A stretch of 59,643 bases of DNA, filler included, from Pirum gemmata (taxonomy: Eukaryota), in NCBI GenBank assembly GCA_002812295.1. It is 10 parts of 10 records of this genome, joined end to end, with 100 filler letters (N's around TTAATTAATTAA, not from the genome) between each part and the next. Parts side by side here need not be neighbours in the genome. Positions count along the whole stretch, not along the records: positions 18,094 to 23,936 come from PDIN01000413.1; positions 24,037 to 29,868 come from PDIN01000414.1; positions 29,969 to 35,826 come from PDIN01000415.1; positions 35,927 to 41,755 come from PDIN01000416.1; 6 more parts are not named here. The stretch is one strand, 5' to 3'. Under the pieces are notes generated by a model, which did no database searches, had not been told where the DNA came from, and was given only the letters and a program-made list of their open reading frames with translations. The position numbers and the translations under genes are program-made. Positions 22,371 to 35,964 of this stretch are shown piece after piece (the stretch's first letter is position 1; each line of letters opens with the position of its first letter).

Positions 22371-23876
22371 CTATTTCAATAAATCTTTACTAATATGTTT
22401 TTCCATGAAATTAGCTTTACCATTAAAGTCATTTTTTAATTTCTCACCCATCTGAATACATAATAAACAAAAATTTTTAATCTCTAACATCATCTGTTCA
22501 CCATCTTTAAAATATCGCGAATCGTGAGTGAATAAAATATCAGAAATACCAAAACAATATATTTGAAATAATTCACGAATCGCGATATTTTTTTCTAAAC
22601 ACTTTTCATTAGCGTAGAGTCTCTGCCCATATTGTTTCTTTGTTATTTTTTTCGATAAATATTTATATCTAATGTTAAAATCACGATTGGAGTAGGAGAT
22701 TAATCTATCTAATCTACCAATATCAATATCATAAATATGCATTATTTTCCTTATTAGTTCAAACAATAAAATCTCACAATCAGGACATAGCTCTCCTTCG
22801 TGAATCTTATTATGTCTTTCTTGATTAAAACTATAAATGCGATTTTGATCACATGGCCCATCATCTTCATTCATTGGTTCAAAAATGTTTGGCATATCTG
22901 GATTCTCTCTCAACATATTAACATATTCAGGATTATGAAAAAAAGTATTAGTGATGATTCGTCCAGTTACCCAATCAAAGGGACAGTAACATTCGGTACA
23001 AAACATCTGTGCACACCCCTCAATCTTTATAATTGGTCTCTTGCATCTTGGGCATGGTTTCGAGGTTCTTCTAATCAAATCAACAGAATCTACATTGTCC
23101 TGTAAACATTCATGCTCATTTTCGGTTGGTTTTTGCAAACCACATCTCAAACAATGTAACGATTCGCAAGCCATACAAATTCCTTTATCATCTAAAATAC
23201 CCTCTTGGCACGAATCTAGAGTACAAAATAAGGTAATATTACTTTTGATTTTATTGACTTGTCTATCATCCCGAATAGTAATACTTTCCTTAATTGCTTT
23301 TTTAATATTATTAATAAGTTCAGAAATCAATTTTCTTTTTTGTATCAAATTGTTAATTTCGAAGCTTTCTTTTATAAGCTCAAATCGATCATTATTATAT
23401 TGTTTCATTGTTAATGTTCGCATTCGAGACATTAAAAACTCCAGATTATTATATTCTTTTAAATTAAATTTTTTAAAGTACTGCGATTCGCTACCTTTTT
23501 CATTAATAGCTATGATTCGCTTAGTAATATCATCATTAATCTCTTTTCTTTCTACAATTAGTACATCAAGATAACTTTGTCTAGTGCGATTCGTTCTAAC
23601 AATTTCTAGAGTAACCGCGAAAAGTGGTTTGGATCTTTCATACAGTATAGATTCGCGGGTTTCTTTAAACTGCTTTAGGTGTTTATTATCTAGTTGCGAT
23701 AATAGGTACTGTCTAGGTTGAACCTTGGTACAAAATAAGCAAATAGGTTCCGATTGCTTGCTTTCTGTGTTTCTCAAAAAACAACTAGTGCAACACGTTT
23801 CAAGACAATAATAACAACTAAAAAAAGAAGTCTCGTCAAGACAACATATTTGGCAAGTAGTGGTTTGTTCAGACAT
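22371..23876 (-). CDS. RING/IBR (RBR, Ariadne-like) E3 ubiquitin ligase, giant-virus type
   Basis: N-terminal RING, an IBR-like Cys cluster and RING2 KPCPRCKRPIIKIEGCAQMFCTECYCPFDWVTG..HNPEY; 501 aa, intronless. Confidence 0.85.
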   Translation of the reverse strand: MSEQTTTCQICCLDETSFFSCYYCLETCCTSCFLRNTESKQSEPICLFCTKVQPRQYLLSQLDNKHLKQFKETRESILYERSKPLFAVTLEIVRTNRTRQSYLDVLIVERKEINDDITKRIIAINEKGSESQYFKKFNLKEYNNLEFLMSRMRTLTMKQYNNDRFELIKESFEINNLIQKRKLISELINNIKKAIKESITIRDDRQVNKIKSNITLFCTLDSCQEGILDDKGICMACESLHCLRCGLQKPTENEHECLQDNVDSVDLIRRTSKPCPRCKRPIIKIEGCAQMFCTECYCPFDWVTGRIITNTFFHNPEYVNMLRENPDMPNIFEPMNEDDGPCDQNRIYSFNQERHNKIHEGELCPDCEILLFELIRKIMHIYDIDIGRLDRLISYSNRDFNIRYKYLSKKITKKQYGQRLYANEKCLEKNIAIRELFQIYCFGISDILFTHDSRYFKDGEQMMLEIKNFCLLCIQMGEKLKNDFNGKANFMEKHISKDLLK

Positions 23877-24036
23877 TTTTTTTTTAATTTTAATTATGCG
23901 GTTTATTTTTTTTTTTATTTTTTTTTTTTTTTTTTTNNNNNNNNNNNNNNNNNNNNNNNNNNNNNNNNNNNNNNNNNNNNTTAATTAATTAANNNNNNNN
24001 NNNNNNNNNNNNNNNNNNNNNNNNNNNNNNNNNNNN

Positions 24037-24493
24037 GTTATCTTTTTACTACTACACTGCTGATCTTACTTACCATTGTTATCACAATAACGTCGAGTTT
24101 GACTTAGACAATGCGGAAAGTATAACGACAGCTCCAATGAACTGTAATCAAGGATTGGAGTCAGCTGGTAATAATAACGGCATTGCGTTACCTATTTGGG
24201 CTATTATTGTCATTTGCTTGTGCGGTATTCTTTTTGTAGCTTGTACGGTTGGTATGTCGTACTATGTTTACAAAAAGAAGAAACAAGAAAACGACTTAGA
24301 AGGTAAATCAGCCATGCAATTTGTAATAGATAGTGATCTAGCAGAAACAAAGAGCTCTGAAATACTGGAGTATGACACTTTAAAAACAGAAGAAAACCCA
24401 GGTATCACAGATAAGTTTAATGATTATTTCAATGCACACAGTACCGTACAAGATGAACAGTATGAAGCCAACATTGAACCAGGGTATGCTTGA
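24037..24493 (+). pseudogene. Truncated duplicate of the LRR receptor C-terminus (TM + tail)
   Basis: Near-identical to 25801-26300 but with deletions and an early stop. Confidence 0.75.
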
Positions 24494-25167
24494 ACGAAAT
24501 GGGAATTATACTGGAGTTATGTAATAAAAAAAGACTTTTTTTTTTTTTTGTCCAAAAAGTTACAAATTCCTAATAATAATAAAAAGTTAACCAATTATTT
24601 TTAAGTAAATTCCTAGATGGCTTTTTTTTTTTTTTTTTTTACTTGTTTTTTTTTGTTTGGTTCATATAATAGTTATTATAAATAATATATCTAGATAAGA
24701 TTATTCTCGATAAATCGACGAGGTAACCTCAAGATCTAGACCTCAAGATCGATTTTTTGTAAAAATAATCGTAAAAAGTTTACAAATTATTTTTACTATT
24801 TTGATTACACATTTCTGTAGAATCATTCTCATTATTATACTTAATTACATTATATAATAAAAAATAAAACAGTTTTGTATTGATTTGTTTGTATTTTGTA
24901 ATAGATGTTTTTGAAATTTTCTAAATCATAATTTTGGCTGCCACAACATATCGTTTTCATTAAATTCACTATTAATTGATAATTGTTCAGCACATATAAA
25001 CCATAGTCTCACGAATGAAATAATATTTAAACTTTTCTTCTTTTTTTCCTCTTTCAAACTATTTTCTACAGCTTCACGGTATATTGACTTTTCTTTATAA
25101 TATTTTAAAAATAAATTACTATTGTATTATTAAATTTCATTGTTTGTATGTACCTAATACTCTTTTA

Positions 25168-25199
<32 letters not shown>

Positions 25200-26458
25200 T
25201 TGTTGCTCTTATTGTCATTGTTATTACTTGTTGCTCTTATTGTCATTGTTATTATCTTTGCTAATTTTTTCAAATCTATATACAAACATGAAGGTATATT
25301 CGATAATTTTGATGATAGTTCAACTGAATTATTATTAGACAAGGAAACCAAATGCACCTCCTATCTTTTTAGCGTCACCAATGGCCTCCTTACTCGTAAA
25401 ACCGAGCCAGAATATCTAAATTTTAACGATTGTTCGTCTTTAAACTTACATAATAATAACATAGTTCGATTTAATACGCATTGTTTTCAGGATTTTGATC
25501 AACTTGTCACCATTGTCTTATCGATGAACCTTATAGAAAACATAACGACCGAAAGCTTTAGCAAACATTTTAAGGATGAAGGCGCATTGCTAAAACATGT
25601 AGATTTAAGTTATAATCAAATCAATACGTTAGCAAGCGATAGTTTTTTAAAGCTATCAGCTATAACAGAATTACATCTAAATCGTAATAACATTACTACC
25701 TTACCCCTTGGAGTGTTTAGTGACATGACAACAAATTCACCTGCTTCTATTTTGTTACACAATAATACAATTCAGTGTTGTTCTAGTATGACTGAGTTAA
25801 GTTATCTTTTTACTACTACACTGCTGATCTTACTTACCATTGTTATCACAATAACGTCGAGTTTGACTTAGACAATGCGGAAAGTATAACGACAGCTCCA
25901 ATGAACTGTAATCGAGGATTGGAGTCAGCTGGTAATAATAACGGCATTGCGTTACCTATTTGGGTTATTATTGTCATTTGCTTGTGCGGTATTCTTTTTG
26001 TAGCTTGTACGGTTGGTATGTCGTACTATGTTTACAAAAAGAAAAAACAAGAAAACGATCTCTTAGAAGGTAAATCAGCCATGCAATTTGTAATGGATAG
26101 TGATCTAGCAGAAACAAAGAGCTCTGAAATAGTGGAGTATGACACTTTAAAAACAGAAGATGAAAATTCGTTTCATTATGAAAACCCAGGTATCACAGTT
26201 AAGTTTAATGATTATCCCAATGTTCACAGTACCGTACAAGATGAACAGTATGAAGCCAATGGTGAAAGAGCAGAAGAATATGTAAATGACATTGAACCAG
26301 AGTATGAAAATGATAATTCTTTTAATGCTAAAAATAATGAGAATATTAATTGCAACGGTGATATTAATATACCAATATACAAAAATATGGAAAATTATTC
26401 AAAAGATGATGGTAATACCAGTACTAATAACCTTTACGATGGTCTTTTTGAAAATTAA
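25200..26458 (+). pseudogene. LRR single-pass membrane receptor split by a frameshift near 25805
   Basis: LxxLxLxxNxI repeats and the LRRCT start NTIQCC. The alternate frame continues YYTADLTYHC...MNC, then a TM helix and a Tyr-rich tail. Confidence 0.75.
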
Positions 26459-27535
26459 GCTACATAACATTAGACTTAATAGATAATTCGAAGATGATAT
26501 TGGAAAATATTGTTCTTTTAATTTCAAATATCACAACGTTGGCATGCCTAGGAATGGTAAATGTAAAGGATGTGGTAGAGTCAAGTTGTAAAACGTGGAC
26601 GGCTTTACATATTCTGGACGAAAATGTATTTTATTGATCGAAAAAAATAAACAGCATAAAAAATGATAAAAATAGACTTTCTTAGCCCCAGATGGCCAAA
26701 CCAGCAATTTTTTGCAGGAAGTGGAATGCTCGACTGTTTTTTTTATTGGTTCATTTACAAAAATTTACATAAAAATAACGAATAAACGCTGCTATTTAAT
26801 AAAATGTTTATGTATAAAAAGTAATTAGCCAAACAATGAAGAGCTCTCTGAATTTTGATAAGACGATTCTGACTTTATTTTTTAAAATGAAAAATTAAAA
26901 AAAAAAAAACATTCAAAAAAATTAAAAAATTAAAAAATTAAATTTATTAGACTCAAATTTCGGCTCGAATCTTATTTTCCTTTTTTGAAAATTTTGAATT
27001 AATTTTAGTCTGAAAATATTAGACAATGAAATTAATTAAAATCGCTCAGAATACATGAAATTTTGGAATATTTCGATATCAATTCTTACTACATAATGAC
27101 TTAAACATCGTGTAATAATTATTAAGACAGAAGTTTAGGGAAAGCCAAGTAATTTTCGTGCCCATAGCTTGAGTACTTCTAAAGTTATCGATCGAGCAAC
27201 TTGACTCTATAGTTGGTCATAATGTATGCTTGAACGAAATGGGAATTATACTGCAGTTATGTAATAAAAAAAGTTCACCGACATTTTTATTTTTTTTTTG
27301 TCCAAAAAGTTACAAATTCCCACTGTCCTAATAGGATTTTAACTCCCTGTCCCGCCGGTTCTTATTATGCAGGGGGGTACCCCAGAAGAATGTCTCCCTA
27401 GACCAAACTGCACAGAAAAAAAAATCAAATTTCCGAACCAAAACAAAAAAAAAAAATCAAATTTCCGAACCAAAACAAAATTTTAGTGGGCATTTTCCAA
27501 ACGCAAACAAAAAAAAAAAACAAAATAGCCGAACN

Positions 27536-27571
<36 letters not shown>

Positions 27572-27657
27572 GTTTTATTTTTTAATTATATCATTGTCAT
27601 TGTAATAGCAATGATAGTTGTAATATTTTAACTTTTTATTTATTAAAACACAAACAG

Positions 27658-28789
27658 ACAAATATTGTGACGGTGGTTCTACCCAAACACCCTGCCCAGT
27701 TGGATACCACTGTCCTAATGGGATTTTAACTCCCTGTCCGGCCGGTTCTTATTGTGCAGGGGGGGTTAGTACCCCGGAAGAATGTCTCCCTGGACCAAAC
27801 TGCACAGATCCGGAGATAAATAAGTGTAAAGCCGGTATATCGCAGGGAGGGGTTGGTACAATGGAATGTAAAAAATGTAACATTGGTTTTTCTCTTGATA
27901 ATGTTAAAACATGCCAACCTTGTTTGTTAAGTGAGTATGGTGATGGTCTAACTTGTGAAAGTTGCACCGACCAAAGGGGTTGTGCACCGGCAAAAAGCGG
28001 TGTAAACTGTGTTTCCGGAGCCACCCAATCGGACCAAGGTTTGGAGTGCAGTGAATGTGATAGTAGTCGCGGTTTTCAATTGGATCCCAATTCTCTAATT
28101 TGTTACGATGTTGATGAATTTGCAGTGGATGGAGTTTCTCCTTGTCAAAATGGTGGGGTATGTGCCAATGGTGTGAATGAATATGTTTGCTCATGTNGTT
28201 AAGTGAGTATGGTGATGGTCTAACTTGTGAAAGTTGCACCGACCAAAGGGGTTGTGCACCGGCAAAAAGCGGTGTAAACTGTGTTTCCGGAGCCACCCAA
28301 TCGGACCAAGGTTTGGAGTGCAGTGAATGTGATAGTAGTCGCGGTTTTCAATTGGATCCCAATTCTCTAATTTGTTACGATGTTGATGAATTTGCAGTGG
28401 ATGGAGTTTCTCCTTGTCAAAATGGTGGGGTACGTGCCAATGGTGTGAATGAATATGTTTGCTCATGTTCTTCACAATGGAGGGGACGGAATTGTTCTGT
28501 TGATGTGAATGAGTGTTTAGCTATTTCGTATGGGGTTGCAATAACACCATAGAAATATGTATTAATGAGTTGGGGAGTAGCTGGTGTGCTGTTTGTGACA
28601 AGTCTGCGTTTATTGCAGATGCGGAAGGTTTGTTATTAATAGCTGACGGTAGTGAGTATGTCGAACAATGTAAATATTTAGATTTGTCCGGATTCGGTAT
28701 ATATAGTTTGAGCCCGGGGTTTTTTGATAATTTTACAGAACTAACTTATTTGAATTTGATGAACAATAGTATTTCAAATCTGCCTCCAG
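27658..28789 (+). pseudogene. Cys-rich (CPxGxYC) + EGF + LRR receptor exon, disrupted
   Basis: AG acceptor at 27657, CPVGYHC/CPAGSYC, EGF SPCQNGGVC..YVCSC..WRGRNC, DVNEC, a frameshift near 28535, LRRs and a probable GT donor near 28790. Confidence 0.75.
27925..28468. repeat. ~272-bp tandem duplication separated by a single N
   Basis: 27925-28196 matches 28198-28468; likely a scaffolding overlap or haplotype artefact. Confidence 0.85.
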
Positions 28790-28804
28790 GTATATTGCTC
28801 TATC

Positions 28805-28855
<51 letters not shown>

Positions 28856-28968
28856 ATAATAATAATAATTGCTGCACACTTTTGTTAATTAAAAACAAAA
28901 TATTAGTAAGTTGCACTCTTAAAAAATTGTATTATACCACGTGCACAAGGCTAGATTTAGTCGTATAA

Positions 28969-29116
28969 GGGGGGCATTCAAATAATACGTTACGTCAAGG
29001 GGTAGGTAGGTAGGTGGTATTTGACCTGAAATTAACGCCGAGGGGTAGGTAGGTAAGGGTATTTGAAGCTGTATTTGACTGGAAATTGGCGTGTTATGTA
29101 GTATTTGAACGCTCCC
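28969..29116 (+). mobile_element. Harbinger-like MITE family A
   Basis: TAA TSD and TIRs. Confidence 0.85.
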
Positions 29117-29439
29117 TAACTACTCGTACTAGTATCGATTACTGTTGTCCTTTAATTTGGTACTGTTTTAGCGTATAATTGAACTTTTTTATAAAATACA
29201 ATATTAAATATAAAATACCAAATTAATTAAAAAATGTCCGATAATAATAATTTGGTAAATAATATCAGCTTTGTGCTCGAGCCTTTTTCTACAAGCCTAG
29301 CCTTTTTCTAAGTTTTTCTACGTCGAATCTATGAGCCGTTTTAGCCTTTTTACTAAGTTTTTAGAGGCCCATGTGATATTTAAGCCATATTATTGGTTTA
29401 ATAAGAAACCAATAGTATTCCTTTTTAAGCATGCCATTT

Positions 29440-29629
29440 GGGAGCGTTCAAACTTCAAATAGTGTTCAAATAATCTAGTTCAAATAATACGTCACGTCAA
29501 GTGGTAGGTACTAGGTAGGCAGGTGGTATTTGATTGAAAATTAACGTCGAGTGGTAGGCAGGTAGGGGGTATTTGAAGCTGTATTTGACCAGAAATTGGC
29601 GTTACATAGTATGAATTTTGAATGCTCCC
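29440..29629 (+). mobile_element. Harbinger-like MITE family A with reiterated TTCAAATA
   Basis: TIRs and interior match the family. Confidence 0.8.
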
Positions 29630-30198
29630 TATGACTCTATGAGTCCCTAACAGCAAAAGGAGTTAGGAAGCTATACTACTAGTAGCTAGCCGGTTGGGCG
29701 GTACAATTTATTTATTTATTAATTTATTTATTCATTTATTCATTCATTTATTTATCTATCTATTTATCTATCTATTTATCTATCTATTTATCTATCTATT
29801 TATCTATTTATTTATCTATTTATTTATTTGTTTGTTTATTTATTATTTATTTATTTATTTATTTATTTNNNNNNNNNNNNNNNNNNNNNNNNNNNNNNNN
29901 NNNNNNNNNNNNTTAATTAATTAANNNNNNNNNNNNNNNNNNNNNNNNNNNNNNNNNNNNNNNNNNNNATTCGGTATATATGTAATGCAATTACAATACG
30001 GTAATATATATATATATAATAATACAATAATAATAATAATAATAATAATCATTAAATCAATAAGAACAATAGCAGTCCAATAACAATAATAATAATAATA
30101 ACATTAACATGAACCAATAACAATAACAATATCAATATCAATAAAATTACAATAACAATAACAATAACAATAACAATAACAATATTAATGATGATAAT

Positions 30199-30264
<66 letters not shown>

Positions 30265-30440
30265 GCTTTAACAATTATTATTAATGTTAATAACAATAAC
30301 ATTTTTAATCAGTATACTAGTCATTAATGTTTAAGTAATTTATAAATCCGCTTATTGTAACATTTTAATAATAATAATAATAGTAGTAGTGATAGGAATA
30401 TCAGAAGAATAATTTTATAAGTTTCAGTTTATTATTATCA

Positions 30441-33400
30441 TTAGCTACTTATACCACACTGTGCTACAAACAAATTGTAATACGCTCCTTTTTTATTAAA
30501 CAGGTCACCATGTTGACCTTCTTCTAACACTTTGCCATTACCAATAACACAAATTTTATCAGCTTTAACTATTGTGGATAACCTGTGAGCAATGACTATG
30601 GTAGTTCTGCTTTCTCTAGCGGCATCTAAAGCATTTTGTACAACTCTTTCTGAATCACTATCCAAGGCACTTGTGGCTTCGTCCAATAACAAAATTTTGG
30701 GATCTCTTACCAAAGCCCTAGCAATTGCTACTCGTTGTTTCTGCCCCCCACTTAATAAACTGCCACGTTCGCCAACCAGACTATCGTAACCTTGTGGTAG
30801 TTGAATAATGAAATCATGAGCATTAGCCTTTTTGGCCGCCCATTCGATTTGTTCGTCCGTTACTATTACTCCCTCGGTCTTACCAAACCCGTAAGCAATA
30901 TTTTCTCGAACCGTTTTGTTAAATAAATCAGGTTCTTGACTTACTACACCTATTTGGGATCGAATATACTTCAAATTATAATCAGTGATGGGTCTGCCGT
31001 CGACAGACACGTAACCATGAGCTGGTTTGTAAAACTGCTCTACTAAAGAAAGTAGCGTACTCTTACCACAACCAGATTCGCCAACCAAAGCCAGGGTTTT
31101 ACCGTTATCTATTTGACTACACATCGAAGTTAAAACTTGTGCCTCGGGTCGCGTGGGGTAAACGAAGCCAATGTCATTAAAGGCTACATTTCCTGTAACA
31201 TTAACATCTGGTGGCGCCTCGCCACTTTGAACATCAATATTAATTTCGGATTTCAAATCTAAATAAGCAAAAACTTTCAAGGCAGCAACACGACCACCTG
31301 CCACGTCAGGAGTAAAGGCGGCTACTTGGCCCATCGTCATAGCTCCAAAAATGATAGCAGAAATGGCTTTCATCATTTCGGTAAAAGTACATTCACCAGC
31401 AGTAACTAATTTCCCGCCGTACCAAAACGCTAAAGCCCAGATACCAAACGTAGCGAATTCGGAGAAACCAAATAGAATGGCTGCCACTTGAGCTTTCATA
31501 AAATTGGTTCTTTTAGGTTTAGTCAATAGATTAGCGTATTTTTGTAAGAAATAGTAACCACAATTAAGTGCATTGACGGTTTTTATATTATCGACAGCTT
31601 CAGCGGCCACTTTGCCGGCCTCTTCGTATATTTTAACACCGTCTTCCATAAAACCAGACATTAACTTCATTTGAATCCAAGCCCCAATACCCAAAGAAGG
31701 AACACAGGCCAAAACTACAGCAGCTAATTTAGGGCAAGCAGTAAACGCAATCACCAAGCCGGTGATTAAAGTTATAGATTGAGAAAGAAAAATATTAGAA
31801 ACATCAGCAGTTAGGCCACGTACTAATGTGGCATCAGAGCTCAATCTGGTCGTTAAGACACCAACAGAGTTTTCGCTCTTATCAAACCAATACACTGGTT
31901 GACGTACTAATTTATCAAAGCACATTCTCCTTATTCTTCTAGTCAATTTTTCCCCTGCGACACCCATACCATATAAAGATGTGATCTGCCCAATAGCACT
32001 AGCTACTGCCAACCCGACAAATATTAAACTCCACTCGTTTACTTGGTTTTGGTCATTATTAAGATATCCTGCTAGCAGGTTGGAAAAAACTAAAGCAAAT
32101 ATTGGCCACAACATTCCGTTAATAATACAACCAAATACTCCCATACTTATATAAGCCCATTCTGGAGAGTTCATTCGAAAAGCACGACTTACAATATTCA
32201 CACCAGCGCTAGTGTCTTCATCTGACTTCTTTCGGTCTTTGTTTTCTTCTAAATCCTCGTCGGAAATATCGTTTATCGTTTGGTAATCCAATTTATTGAT
32301 TGACATTTTTAAATTTTGAAAAGATATTGTACTATTGCCAGTTTTTCTTTTAGAGAGTTTTTTTTTAAGTTCTTTATAACTGTCTTTGTCAACCACCGGC
32401 TTTGCTACTTTTACTTCCTCTTCAGAATGTAAATCTTGCATTTCTTTCATTCGACGATAAGAGCCTTCTTCTATTTCCATCAATTGAGAATGACTACCCA
32501 TTTCAACGATTCTGCCATCACGAACAACAGCAATCTTTGTAGCATTGACTATTGTTGAAAGTCTAATATCAAAAAAAAAAGTAAAAAAAAAAATTAATTA
32601 TTATAATATTTATTTAACAAAGCATATTATTATTAAAAAAAGTAAAAGTAAAAATTAATTATTATAATATTTATTTAACAAAGCATATTATTCAATCCCC
32701 ACAAACTAATACTAATGAATAAATAATACGTAATTAACAGCTATACAATAATTTTGTTTAATAATATATATACCAATATAACAATGCAACAAATATATAT
32801 ATATAAATATATATATATTATATAGGGGTATATATTTAATAATGATGATGATGATAATGATATAAATATAAATATAAAATATTATATATAAATGACTATA
32901 TATGTTTATATAATAATTATATTATATTTAATTAAGTAAAATATTAATAATAAAATAATGAACTATAATGATATAAAATTAATTAATAGTATTAGAAAAT
33001 AAACAATTAATTTTAATAATGATAATGATAAAGAATATATATATATTTAAATATACCATATATGTTTATGAATATATATTTATAATTATATTATATATAA
33101 TTAAATAGAATATTAATAATAAAATAATGATAAGTAAATAAAATTAATTAATAATGATGAAAACCTGTGAGCTATTACAATACAAGTTCTTCCCTCGCTC
33201 GCTTTTTCTAATGCAGACTGAACAAGTCTTTCCGACTCGGAATCCAGAGCACTTGTGGCTTCATCTAATAATAACACTTTCGGATCACGAATTAAGGCAC
33301 GAGCAATAGCAATCCGTTGCTTCTGACCTCCACTTAACTGTGCACCTTTTGCCCCAATGACAGTCTGGTAGCCTTGTGGCATTTTCATTATAAAGTTATG

Positions 33401-35789
33401 AGCATTTGCCATTTTTGAAGCGTGTATAATCATATCTTGTGAGACTTTTTTTTGAACAAAACGGCGATTGTACAAAGACTGATGTGATTGGGAATCAAAA
33501 TTAGGATTCAACTGGTAGCCAATACCCATGGCAATGTTTTCACTTATAGTACCAGAAAAGAGAGTAGGCATTTGACTAACAATGCCAACTTGTGATCTAA
33601 ACCATTGAATGTTTAATTCAGAAATATCAACCCCATCCATCTTGCACGTTCCGCGTGTGGCATTATAAAACCGTTCTAATAATTGAAAGGTAGTTGATTT
33701 ACCGCACCCACTTTGTCCAATCAAAGCCAAAGTTTCCCCTACTTTAAGGTTAAAATCCATATTTTTTAATACTAGTTTACCTTCATCGTACCCAAAAACT
33801 ACATTTTCAAATACCAATTCCCCTTTTACAGGGTTGACACCAGTTTCGTTATCTGGTACAATACCCTCGCCTGATAATTGATCAATTTCCGATTGTCTAT
33901 CGATAACTTTGAAAATAAAATGTGCGCTCCCTTGCGCCGTTGCCATCGCAGTAATATTTGGAGCTGCTTGACCCACAGCCATAGCCCCAATAATACAAGC
34001 GAACAAAGTAGTTAAAACTTGTCCAGATGTCATGAAATTCTTTTTTATAAATTCATAACCTACCCAAAATCCCAAGGCATATACTAGAATGATTACAGAC
34101 ATAATAAAGGCCAACCCTACAGCATTAATTAGTGTCTTACGCACACCAAAATTATAAGCAGTTGCAATTTCCTTATTATATCTTTTGCTTTCTTCTTCTT
34201 CACCTGAAAAAGCTACCACTGTACGAATCATAGAAAATACTTCATTTGCAACACCGTCAGCTTTAGAATACGCCTTTTGTCCATCTGCTGCTGCATCACC
34301 TAACATCATGCCCATTATCGAACCACCTATAGCTAAAAGTGGGGATACTGCTAATATAACTAAGGTCAATCTCCATCCTTGAGAAAAACCTACAACAATA
34401 CCACCTAAACACATAGCCATATATTGTATAAAGCTACCCACTTTATCCGCAATTCCTTGCTCTACTTTGGCTACGTCAGCCGCTACTCTTGCCGTTAACT
34501 CACCACTGTTGATGTGATCATACCATTTCATATCTTGACGTAACAAAGAATCAAAATACTCGATTCGTATACGATGTGTTTGATTTGAAGCAGCAGAAAT
34601 AAAACAAGAAACTTGTAAATAAGCAGCAAGAGATACAATGATACCTTTTTTAATTAAGTTATTATTATTATTATTATTATATATATAAACAAGTAAAATT
34701 TATTCTTTTTTCTTAATTTTTTTAAAAAAAGAAAATTACAAAACAAGCTTATCATTATTAATTATTAAGGATTAAGAAAAATTTAGGTGGTGTAAAAAAT
34801 CTTTTATATCTATATAGGGGTATATATATTTCATAGACATGATCAATTATCAAGACCATAAATGGGACGAAAAGGAAAATAAGTATACTTTTCAAAGCGG
34901 AATGAATTTACGTAGATAGTAAAACATATTATGAATGATATAATTCTATCATATATCATATGTTTATTTATTTATAATATTCTATGTAATTACAATTAAT
35001 TATGGTTAGGGTTAGGGTTCCTATTACTCTTACCTAAATAAAGCATGAATAAACATGTGCCTTGTAAATTAGCAGCCAACTCTTTTTGAGGACCATTGAA
35101 GTGATCGATTATTTTCCCAAACAAAACTGTAATTGCGGGCTGCGAAGCCCCATGAATTATAGCCCCCAAACTACCTAAAAACATCAAAAATAGATCCCAC
35201 TTTGTAGCGAACTTGAACAGTTGCCAATAAGGAACCTTCTGCTCGTTTTCATCAAAGTCCACATTTGACTTTTTTTTTGTGTGTGTGTTCTACAATTTAA
35301 TAAAACAAATAAATAAATAAATAAATAAATAAATATACTAGTACCTGTACACTACAATAATATGATATAATTAATATAATGTATATAATTTTATAAATAT
35401 ATGATATAATATAATATAATTATAATTAAGAAGATACGAACAACATACTTTATAAAGAATCATCAGGAATAACGTTAACGAATGGCACAATGTCATGATG
35501 AATGGTAAATGATGATTATACATATGTACACAATGTCATAACGGATGTTAATCAATGATGACGATGATAAGAATATTGATATGTTAATAAATACTGGGTT
35601 AATTAAAGTTGATTAAATATTTAATTATAAAAGATACGAATATAATTAATTTATAAGGAAAATGATATTGATACTGTACTTGTTAATAATTATTATATTG
35701 TATTATTAACTTGTAACTACCTTATTAATGTCCATGGGTTCCAATTCAATTGCAACTATATCTTCTATTTTTTGGTCATGATTGGTCAT
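30441..35789 (-). CDS. ABCB1: ABCB1/MDR-type full ABC transporter, 4 exons (35789-35721, 35289-35034, 34644-33165, 32562-30441), ~1308 aa
   Basis: Two TMD-NBD halves with Walker A GQSGCGKS/GESGCGKS, LSGGQKQR and LLLDEATSALD. The GT-AG junctions keep frame (3927 nt). The symbol denotes subfamily only. Confidence 0.93.
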
Positions 35790-35926
35790 CTTTTGATATA
35801 TTTATTTATTATAATATATATTATTANNNNNNNNNNNNNNNNNNNNNNNNNNNNNNNNNNNNNNNNNNNNTTAATTAATTAANNNNNNNNNNNNNNNNNN
35901 NNNNNNNNNNNNNNNNNNNNNNNNNN

Positions 35927-35964
<38 letters not shown>

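Noticed and set aside
22800..23574. Plus-strand ORFs of 101 and 177 aa
   Set aside because: They are antisense shadows of the RBR ligase. The same applies to small ORFs opposite the ABCB, dynamin-like, fibre and GH114 genes.
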